From assembly GCA_050613775.1 (NCBI GenBank), contig JBODTK010000159.1:186001-250000 (forward strand): a DNA stretch of 64,000 bases, given 5' to 3'. Source of the stretch: Neocallimastix sp. 'constans' (lineage: Eukaryota). This document shows, piece after piece, positions 26,501 through 35,532 of this stretch; position 1 is the stretch's first letter, and each line of letters starts with the position of its first letter. Below the pieces are notes generated by a model, which was given only the letters and a program-made list of their open reading frames with translations, was not told the DNA's origin and did no database searches. The position numbers and the translations under genes were made by a program.

Positions 26501-27502
26501 TACAAAACATATCAAAGACTTAAGAAAAACTTTTATTGGAATCATATGATTAAAGATATCAAAAGAATTGTTAGTAATTGTGAAAAATGCCAGTTAAATC
26601 GTCCTCAACCATATCCAGAACCAACCGAAAACCATCCAACTAAAGTGGAGGGTCCCTTTGTGCATTTAGGATTAGATATTATAGGACCGTTACCAAAAAC
26701 AAGAAATAATAATCAATATATTATAGTAACTGTTGATTACTTTACCAAATGGGTTGAAGCCGAACCCACTGAAAACATAACTTCCTCTGATATAATTAAA
26801 TTTTTAATAAACGTTTTTGCAAGACATGGTGTACCTCAAGTTATTACTACTGATAATGGAGTCCAATTCACTTCTGATATGACTAAAATCTTTCTTGATC
26901 TTTATGATGTATATGTTAAATTTGTAGCTACTTACCACCCTGAATCAAATGGCCTTACTGAAAATCGAAATAAAGAAATTGGAAAATTACTTCGTTTATT
27001 AGGAAGGAAAAATCAAGATTGGGATGAAGTTTTACCTTCTGCTTTATGGGCACTTCGAACTACCAAAAATACAGCTACTGGACATTCTAGTTTTGAATTA
27101 GTATATGGAAGAGAAGACCAACAGCCTTATGATATAGCCATAAGAACAATTGAAAATGCAGGTAAATCATATGATGAAATTTTAATGGAAAAATTTGTTC
27201 GTCATTATCAATGGACTAGAGAAGCATGCGAAAATGTGAAGAATGCTAACAAGTATTGGGCAACAAGACGAGAAGAACAAATAAGTATGAAAAAGGGAAA
27301 AGAATTAAAGGCTGGTGATCTTGTTCTTGTTAGAAACTTTAGCCGCACTAAGCTAGAACCATATTACAATGGACCATTTAAAATTTTAAAAATTCAATTC
27401 AACACGGCAACCCTAATCGATCAGAAGACTGGAAAGCAACTCGATAGGAATGTTCACTTTAAAAATTTAGTAAAATTTAACTCCGCTTACAGAGAAGCTT
27501 GA
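23492..27502 (+). CDS. pol: Pol polyprotein (protease, RT, RNase H, integrase), probably expressed by -1 frameshift from gag
   Basis: PR LLIDSCS; RT WRLCIDYRKVN, LDLFSGFHQI, MPFGL, FIDD; RNase H RTDAS...TDHKPL...ADALSR; IN HHCC, LDIIGP, TDNG, NGLTE and GPF. The frame is open from the slippery site at 23492. Confidence 0.95.
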   Translation, partial: FKLLNGSRSTPNDKTIASLNNLQNNTFTKNTPIDNNSFNKESEESDFSDTTESEDNIIINAIKRKMNDNNSEKEENNSKKVHKSLKDNPRPFATPALRKKKENELHNKPNKVYKNQILPSILTQPNINKEKQKEKELRKITRVRESKEENNNYSSKGKEKVESEDILVIDNEIEDLEMNKDNQQNKTNTLEKLISTKTKETNNGNTQLVKRNIKMMNNKEPYNIMDDLNNLKSSITIGQLLNACPKIRSQLTQGLKLEKSKIIGTVDNVIARTLLVNNYDHSYISKSNEVAEEDLAMVDASVDGVLGKLLIDSCSNLSIVTKQYFDKLPGEYETVGKSRGRIQLATQDEEYSEGIIVRLPVKINNYEFNADFRIIEKEDSFYDMLINFKTQIDHCLFIHPTLNSLCKLLSESEYEEIAKINNQYYDEESIICTIRKVKETNNEKEIIKELTPMEFIESDEFLSTLNKDYKEQIIKILKEMIDIVATSTEELTPSKLSPHKIRLKANSKPVKLRSYRLTKLKSDILKEELTKLIKKGLIEPSCSEWSSPVVLILKHNGKWRLCIDYRKVNDMTEKDSYSVPYIDEIFDSLGGAKIFTTLDLFSGFHQILMDEESVEVTTFTTKFGNYQFKVMPFGLTGAPSTFQREMNKILFPFIGEFVYVFIDDVLIYSKSIEEHLIHIKQVLEVFKENKLKINIEKCHFLQTEVDVLGHKLTTKGLSPMESKITAIKKWEAPSSIHELRSFLGAVGYYRDFIPKYAQITSPLCKLLKKNTKYEWNKEQQESFELLKEKLINAPILKFPSFDKPFIIRTDASYNGIGGVLLQKEEETGKEHPIHFISRSLKKAEKNYGITDLEGTALFYCMTKFKSYIEGNPLPTTIYTDHKPLVGLFKNKEPLNARQTRWCLTASMLGINIKYESGKKNVLADALSRMKSKEERKILLTKITDGNNEELLSKVIKEFINEKFTVIDGEDYFIDNGNYRKLITDENERFKLILEAHNIGHEGYYKTYQRLKKNFYWNHMIKDIKRIVSNCEKCQLNRPQPYPEPTENHPTKVEGPFVHLGLDIIGPLPKTRNNNQYIIVTVDYFTKWVEAEPTENITSSDIIKFLINVFARHGVPQVITTDNGVQFTSDMTKIFLDLYDVYVKFVATYHPESNGLTENRNKEIGKLLRLLGRKNQDWDEVLPSALWALRTTKNTATGHSSFELVYGREDQQPYDIAIRTIENAGKSYDEILMEKFVRHYQWTREACENVKNANKYWATRREEQISMKKGKELKAGDLVLVRNFSRTKLEPYYNGPFKILKIQFNTATLIDQKTGKQLDRNVHFKNLVKFNSAYREA

Positions 27503-27520
27503 GTCTTCGTCGGGGCATCT

Positions 27521-28017
27521 TGATAAGAATGTACTAAATAATGCATTCTTAATTAAATCTACGATTTATTTCTAATACATTATGTGTACATTATTATTTT
27601 TGTACTTTAATAAATTTTTAAATCCAAAGATCAAAAATTAAATCAAAAATTATATTAAACTTTATATTTTTATATTAAATCTTATATTAAAAGTAATATT
27701 TTTATATATTTAAAACTTATATTAGCAATATTAATAATAAATCTTATTTTTTTTTATATTAATAATGAAAATTTATATTAATAATATTTTTATATATTGA
27801 TAATTAAAAATTTATATATTATATTTTAACTTTTTATTATAAAATTTTATATCGAAATGTTTTATTTTATATTGAAAAATATTTTATTTTATTAAAAACC
27901 TTTATATTAGAATAGTATTTTTATTTTTATTTGAATATTTTAACAGATTGTAATAAAAATTATAGCCAATTAAATAAATTCTTATTAGTAATATTTTAGA
28001 TATTTTTAAATAAATAA

Positions 28018-28087
<70 letters not shown>

Positions 28088-28381
28088 TTTTATTAATATT
28101 ATAAATGTATTTTATTTATATTGTTATAATTAAATTTTATATAATTAATTATAAAAATCAATTTAAATTTAATAGTTTTTATAAAAAAAAAATAAATAAA
28201 ATGTAATTTAGTGGCAAGAACAACTTTTATGCCTTGAAAAAAGTATAAATAGTTGTAAATTTTGCTACTAATTTTTAAATATCATCAAGTAAAATTAATA
28301 AAATAAATAAAAATAATAAATAAATAAATAAAATTTGTGTTTCCTTACTTTATTTTTATTTAATTCTCTAAAACCTTAACA
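27521..28381 (+). repeat. 3' LTR (861 bp)
   Basis: Copy of the 5' LTR; by eye only one T-run length difference and one C/T substitution. Confidence 0.95.
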
Positions 28382-28396
28382 ATATAAAAAAAAAAA

Positions 28397-28471
28397 GCCA
28401 TGTTGGTCCAGTCGGTTAGGACGATACAGGTCACTGTAGAGGGCGGGGTTCGAATCCTCGGCATGGCACCA
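28397..28471 (+). tRNA. tRNA-like sequence with a defective anticodon arm and encoded CCA (pseudo-tRNA / SINE head)
   Basis: Acceptor GCCATGT/GCATGGC-A-CCA, D-arm GTCC...GGAC with A-box TGGTCCAGTCGG, and T-arm with B-box GGTTCGAATCC. The anticodon arm TACAG-GTCA-CTGTA lacks a canonical 7-nt loop; GTC suggests Asp ancestry, uncertain. Confidence 0.75.
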
Positions 28472-28837
28472 AATAATCGGATGAGGTTTCTATCCTGGGA
28501 TATCATGAGACCACACGTGATGTCCATAAGGCTTTCCCTCAGATGATTATTTCACCCAACCCTGATACTACGCTTTGAATTGAAGCATAGACCTTGATGA
28601 TTGTAAAATTTCCAATCGCCAATGATTACACCCACTAGGGAGGAGTTAATGGTTCCGTTCTGATGCTCGTGGTCATTAGAGATATATGTAGGAACGTTAG
28701 GAATGCATCTCCGGGCAGTGTGTAACGACGATTGAGAGCGGCGAAGCTGATACAGTATGCCAATAACTCATCACCTTACAGTTAATTAATAACTGTATGG
28801 CCATATGGGAGATGGGTACCCATATGTGCAAGTCTAT

Positions 28838-28874
<37 letters not shown>
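28397..28874 (+). mobile_element. tRNA-derived SINE-like element / structured Pol III unit with T36 tail
   Basis: tRNA head, ~370-nt GC-richer body with several hairpins, no T4 run before the terminal T36, and flanking ATATAAAAAAAAAAA on both sides (28382-96, 28875-89). Confidence 0.65.
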
Positions 28875-28910
<36 letters not shown>

Positions 28911-29094
28911 AATGTCTCCAAATTTTCAATTTTTTTAATTATTTATATATGCCAATAGTTATATTAATATTTTTTTTTTTTTTTTAAAAGAAAAAAATAA
29001 AAAAAAAAAAAAAAAAAAATTTTATTATTTAATTGAATTAGTTATCATGTTTAATGAATACTTATTAAAATTATGAAATAAAGTAAATTAAAAA

Positions 29095-29357
29095 AAAATT
29101 AAATATCAAGATGAGCTTAAATAAGTCTTTAAATAAATGCTATTTGGATATTCAGAATATTAATGTTAAAAAAAAAAAAAAAAATTAAATATCAAGATAA
29201 GCTTAAATAAGTAAATAAGTCTTTAAATAAATGCTATTTGGATATTCAGAATATTAATGTTAAAAAAAAAAAAAAATTAAATATCAAGATAAGCTTAAAT
29301 AAGTCTTTAAATAAATGCTATTTGGATATTCAGAATATTAATGTTAAAAAAAAAAAA
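29095..29357. repeat. Three tandem copies of an ~85-95 bp unit
   Basis: AAATTAAATATCAAGAT(G/A)AGCTTAAATAAG...GCTATTTGGATATTCAGAATATTAATGTT(A)n occurs three times. Confidence 0.85.
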
Positions 29358-29757
29358 TTGTTTCATATAAAGGTATTCTTCGGTAAAAATTTTAATTTTT
29401 CATTAGCTGTTAAAATTAAAACATAAATTCTAATAAAAGTAAATAATCATATATTTATATATTGTATGATATATATTATTAATAATGTTAATATTAATAT
29501 TGTATTGGTTCACATTGCCAAATATATATATTATATTTTTAAACTCGTAAATGAATTTCATATCAAATTAAAAAAGATTACTTTTAAAATTCATTAAAAA
29601 AAACTTTTTATATTATTAAATATACAAAAGTATGCACTCTGGGTATATCATAGCGAAAAAAAAATAAATGTTTGGGAGTATTCTAATGATTAAACAAATT
29701 TATATATATATAGTTTGAATCTCTATTTAATTATTTAATTTGTTTAATCCAAAAAAT

Positions 29758-29790
<33 letters not shown>

Positions 29791-30040
29791 AACAATAGAA
29801 AGAGAAAATATTTTAAGAAAATATTATGTTCTATTAAAGAAGTTTTTTTTTTTTTTAAAAAAAAAATTGATAATGGATTAAGGGCACTTGAAGAACACTA
29901 CAATGAATAGAAAGAAAAAAAAATATATATATATATATATTTTTGAAAACTTATCATTAAAAATGTGTAGGAATTCTTTGATATTTTTTTTTTTTTTTTT
30001 TTTTTTTTTAGACAAGGAATAAATTTTATTTAATAATAGT

Positions 30041-30075
<35 letters not shown>

Positions 30076-30080
30076 AAATA

Positions 30081-31330
30081 CATAGAAATAAAAACATGAA
30101 GTTTTTTTTTACATTAATATATTAAAAAATTATGTTATGATTTTTGAGGAAAAAAATGGCCTCTAACTCTTTTCATTCATCAATGATCACTTCATGTGGA
30201 TAAAAATTGACATTAGAATGTATATTAGAATATCTTCTTTGACTTATCATTTCAAAGTCGATGCTCTTGACAAAGGAAAGTCTAATGGTTTACAAAGTGA
30301 TCATAGTGTAAAAATCACTAATTACAATAGGTATAGCATTAGTAAGGAATTTCGCAAACCTCACCAAATTTGAAATAGGAAAGTAGCAAGCTATCACGAA
30401 GATGACTAAAAGATATTATTAATATAAAACTGCTTTCTTTCTCCTGAAACCGATCTTTAAGATTTTATATACTTCACTTCCTTCAAGGAGGAGTCATACA
30501 GTACATAAAAATTAATATCATCATCAAAATCTTCCTCTTTGTCATCAGGAATATTCTATGATTTCTCATGAACCGTCAGAGAAAAATTAATATAAATTTT
30601 CATCAACAAATTGAATGAATAGTTGATTAAATTCTTCAAATTTAGTACATAGAAGTATCCAAGATGTAAAATTAATTATGCTTTTACTTTAATCACAACA
30701 AATAAATTAATATTTTCTTCTTTATTTCTACAATCAAGTTATTCTGGTCTAACAATTCAATGAGAAAAAAAAAAGCATCGTTCAATATATTTTTAATGGC
30801 AATTTTTGATAGAATCTTTAATCCTATGTTGATGAGTGAAAAAATCACAGCAATTGCTACAATCTGAAAGATCCCTATTTCATAGGAATAAAAGCAATAA
30901 ATGCAGAATTTCATTCATCAGAAAAGTCAGCATCCAAATTTTGCTAAAAAGTAAAAATAGACCTTTTGCATAGTCGAAATTAAATTATTTCTTGATTAGG
31001 ATTCATTCTGAGAAGAAGTGCTACTCTTTGGATTGAAAAAATGCTCAAAAAGAATTTTTTTGATATACCATCAGAACTAGGTTATTTGTTATTTCTCACT
31101 GAAAAAATAGTAAAGTAAATTTCTGACATTGAAAAATGGTTGATTAATATCTAATGATTCCTGAAGAGAAAAATAATTGATTAGTATTCCTTTCGAACAA
31201 TATTCATTATGACTGTGACAAGTAATATTAAAAGCAAGTTCTATATAGTGTTCTTCAAAAACGATTGTGTTTATCATTTTTGAGATACTAGAATATTACC
31301 AACTTTATCTTTAATGTGCACAGGTGCTTG

Positions 31331-31363
<33 letters not shown>

Positions 31364-32300
31364 TAAGATCTTTAAGTTACTGATTAGTCATGTTGAAATT
31401 ACCAATAATAACAGAAGAGTTATTCTAATGATTCTTGAGCCATTAACAATATCAGTTTTCGCTTTATCTTTTAGAATCTTTTTGTACTTTGCTGAGGATG
31501 TAAATGTTTCCTAATGAGCATTGAACAACCCATAATGAAACTATACTTACTGATAGAATATATATATATATATATTCTAAATTATCATTAATGAATTAAC
31601 AGGAATTGTGGATACCAATATAAAGGCCACACCTACCAAGGAATATTCATGCCTGCACGTCTCAGTACTGTTCTTTAATAATTAAGAAATGGATAGGAAC
31701 AAAAGAAAGAATTCAGGAATGAACTGATATCGACTTCTTGAAGACAAATACAAATAGGATTTAAAATTTAATAAAAAAAAAGTAAGTCCATCACATTTTT
31801 CAGAGTTCCAATCATTAATATTTCTGCTAATACAGAGGTTAAAATAATGAGTATTCGAGAAGGGATTAGCCGATAGAGGACTAACAGAAATAGGAATAGT
31901 ACGTTTAGAATAATGCCCAGAACTATTATAATTAATACTATTAAATATGCAAATTTTAGGATTAATCTTCTGATTTTTTTTTTTTTTAACAGATAAGTGT
32001 TTTGTAATCATATAAATAACCTTCAAAAAAATCCGTATTATTATTATAGTTAACTCATAAGGTGAAACAGTTTTCCATATTATAGTGTTTTTTAAACTAT
32101 TCCATTAATAATTTCATGACAATTTGATATTTTTTTTTATTACTTAAGATTTCTAATAATGTACTTTCAGACCAAGATTCAATATCATGAATAAAAATTA
32201 AAACGAAATTTTTCATGGTCAGGACCAAAACGTCTTAAGCTTCTACTTATAATGGAAATTTCAAAATAAAAACAAAGCTATATTAATATAATAAAAAAAA
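30081..32300 (-). pseudogene. Decayed, internally deleted non-LTR retrotransposon (LINE; APE endonuclease plus RT remnants)
   Basis: Minus strand: IIGNFNM (~31385-31410; APE GDFN motif), K*PSSDGISKKFF (~31055-31090; KAPGPDG motif) and AFIAFIPMK..DLSDCSN..SLINIGLKILSKI (~30800-30905; RT domain 1), with many stops and frameshifts. The 5' boundary is approximate. Confidence 0.75.
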
Positions 32301-32325
32301 AAATTAGTGAATGATAAAAAAATTA

Positions 32326-32388
<63 letters not shown>

Positions 32389-32697
32389 GTTTGGGCTATA
32401 GTATTTTATTCTTTTAAAGAGTTATATTATTTAACATATTGTATTAATTTCACAGTGATTTGTATGCTAATAGAAAAAAAATTCACATTGGAGGTAAATT
32501 GTATTTATTGAATTTAATATCTAGTATGCTTTATTATACTATTGGTGAATATTTGAAAATAATAATTAAAAGCCATAATTTTTTCATAATAAAAAAGTTA
32601 AGAATATTAAATATCAAAAGTATAATATTAAAAAAATTAGAGCAAATGAATCAATTCCTATATAGGAATACAAAAAAGCACCATAATTACTTAATCA

Positions 32698-32734
<37 letters not shown>

Positions 32735-33270
32735 AATAAAAATTGATTGAATCATACATGAAGAAATAGTAAATGAAGAAATAGTAAGTACATAAAAAAA
32801 GAAATAAAGAAGAAAATATAAAAAAAGAAAAAAAAAGATATATCTAATAAAAAAAATTAAGATGGCCTTCCCTCGGTAAACCCCATAGAAGATAATACAT
32901 CCCTGAGAGGTAAAGAAAGAAATAAATTATATAATTAACTCCTTTTATATTTTTTTAAAAAAAAAAATAAAAATAAAAATAAAAAAAATAAAATAAAAAT
33001 ATATGAAACATAAACCACATATAATATTCATCACTATTATTATTATATCAAGTTGTTTTTTTTTTTTTTTCTCCAAATAAATTTTATTTAAAGATATTTA
33101 TTAAAATATGTGTAAAATATGGGTGTACCGACCTTTAGCCCCCCTCCTAAGGCATAAAAAATATTTAAGGTAGTCATAATACTTAAATATGTATTTGCAA
33201 AGGCGAATATTGTTCCTGCTGAACGGCCTTACTAAGTTTCCAACATTGGCGCTTTAACATATATATTATT

Positions 33271-33311
<41 letters not shown>

Positions 33312-33406
33312 GCCAAAATTATTGCGAATTTTAATCTTTATTCATTTATTAATTACACGAATATTTTTTTTATATTACAAAAAAAAAAAAAAAAAAAAAA
33401 AAAAAA

Positions 33407-35150
33407 CATAGAATGAATAAAATGAATAAATATTATTTGTCCAATTAGAACATAATAATATTTAAAATAGTAGCATGAAATAAGAAATATTATTCAAAAA
33501 ATAAGGAGGATAAATAAATTCAGAAAAAAGTTCATATGCAACGAACCTCGTTTCCTTATGAATTAGGGTTTGAATTGATTTATCTGAAAGAAATTATGGT
33601 CTTCTCCTTCCTCCTTCAGAGGCATTGGCCCTGCTAGCCTGTCTTACTGCATTTTCAGCATTGACGCTCCTGGTTAGTTTATGTTCGTACTTTTAGAATA
33701 GCAACCCTTGTCGAGAGTACTAGCCCTAGACATAATTTCTATAAAGAGAGGCGCAGATCACACCAAGAATGGCGTTTTTAAATAATCGACAAAAATAATT
33801 TAGTTCTTAAACAAACCATTCCCCATTTCTTTTTATAAAATTTAAATTAATAATGTCTGCATCTCTTCCACCATGAAGAAAATTTTTTAATCTGTACCAT
33901 GTCACATATAGATTTGTACACTCATTATTCAGAAAATTACTTGAATTAACCCCATTTTCACTAATTGAATTATTCACTACATTATTAGTAACAGTAACGA
34001 TACTATTATTTTCACTATCACTGATATTAATATTCTTATTTTCACTTATCACTAGAACTACTATTGCTAACAATATTATTTCTATTGTTATTATTATTAA
34101 TATTATATAACTTCGTTACTACTATCAGAATCTGTACTTGATTCTATATTATTCATTTCTGTGATAACAGTGTTTATTTACTATTTGATACTGGACAATA
34201 GATAGAAATTATAAAATATTTTTCATAATGAATTTCAATATTCTTAAAAATATTTCATTCGAAAAACACGGAAAAAGATAGCATTTAGAAAACCAATGTT
34301 CCAATCGAAGATTACTATTTTTTCTATAACAATAAGGACACCTTTCTGGTGAGTCGTCTTCAATCATTTTGGCAGCATCGAATTTATATCCATATCTGGC
34401 ACGAAGTACCCATCGGAAGCCAATGCTAAATTCGGGATACTTGAAGTTGAGCTTTAAGTAGTCTCTAGTTTTTTTAAAAACTTAAATTTTTTTTTTATAA
34501 GCCTTCGCCTTGATTGATTTTCCTATCCCAGTTAAAGCTTACCATTGCTTTTTTTTTTTTTTTTGATGGAACTTTATCTAATTTATCGACTAAAATTTTA
34601 CTTTCTTTATCCCATTCATGACGTCCACAACGTGATATATCTCAAAATAAATCAGATATATAATACATTTTGAGTTTTTCAATTTTTTAAAATACCTTAC
34701 CTAAGCAATCGTAACATTTCGCCGAAAGAGGAGAAATGTTAAGTTCTTTAGAAACACAATAAAGGGATGTAAAGCTATTAAAAAAAATCCTTCAATCCAG
34801 TATAAACCTGAATTAACTAGTATCTGTGTATTTCTCGTTCTATTTGATCCATTCATATTATTGTTGAGAATATTTCTGGCATGATTTTTCTTGGAGTACC
34901 TCTCCAGTTCCTAACTTTTCCTTTAAAAAGAGGCCGTATATCCTAATCCAATAAAATATGTACTTGCTCACTTAGTAACTGAATATTATTCAGAAAAATT
35001 GTTTTTGTAGAATATATTTACATGAATATGTACCCATATTTAATTACAAAGGTAGGTGTAATAAAAAACACTAATTACAGTGAACAAAATATTTATAAGA
35101 AATTCTAAAAAAGCTTCACAAAATAAAAAACCGGGAAGTCATTTTAAAAA
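33407..35150 (-). pseudogene. 5'-truncated decayed LINE (ORF2 C-terminal part plus 3' UTR)
   Basis: Minus strand: SLYCVSKELNISPLSAKC..., then GFRWVLRARYGYKF...ERCPYCYRKNSNLRLEHWFSKC (CCHC typical of the LINE ORF2 C-terminus, ~34280-34420). It ends CATTCTATG-(T)28. Confidence 0.7.
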
Positions 35151-35183
35151 ATTTTATTATTGTACTAATTTATCAATAATTAT

Positions 35184-35221
<38 letters not shown>

Positions 35222-35532
35222 GTTCCTTTATTATATTGATAAATATAATAATAAATTAGTTTATAAATATAAAAAAAAAATAATAATAATTATAATTACA
35301 TGGAAAAAAAAAAAAAAAAAAAATTATTTTAAACTTTATTTTTATTTTTATTTATTATTCAATATTTTAATTAATCACTATATATTTGTATTAAAATAAT
35401 TTATAGATTATATATTCTATCAAATGCTTTAATAATATAATATTATTCACATTCAATATTAATTGTTAGTATTATTATTAAATATTTATGTGCAAATTTA
35501 ATTTATTATTGTTAATTTATTCAATTAAACTT

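Larger units (their letters stand above)
20205..28381 (+). mobile_element. Intact Ty3/Gypsy LTR retrotransposon (~8.2 kb)
   Basis: Two near-identical LTRs with TG...CA ends, ATAT duplicated at 20201-20204 and 28382-28385, a PBS, and uninterrupted gag and pol with PR-RT-RH-IN order. Confidence 0.97.

Noticed and set aside
28397..28471. Functional tRNA-Asp or tRNA-His gene
   Set aside because: The anticodon loop is not 7 nt, CCA is encoded, and no T-run terminator follows directly.
28472..28838. RNase P/MRP RNA, telomerase RNA, U3 or a C/D snoRNA
   Set aside because: No recognisable conserved regions. CAACCCTG is an imperfect template match, and TGATGA...CTGA (~28595-28663) lacks a clear terminal stem or identifiable guide. 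An Rfam search is needed to exclude these fully.
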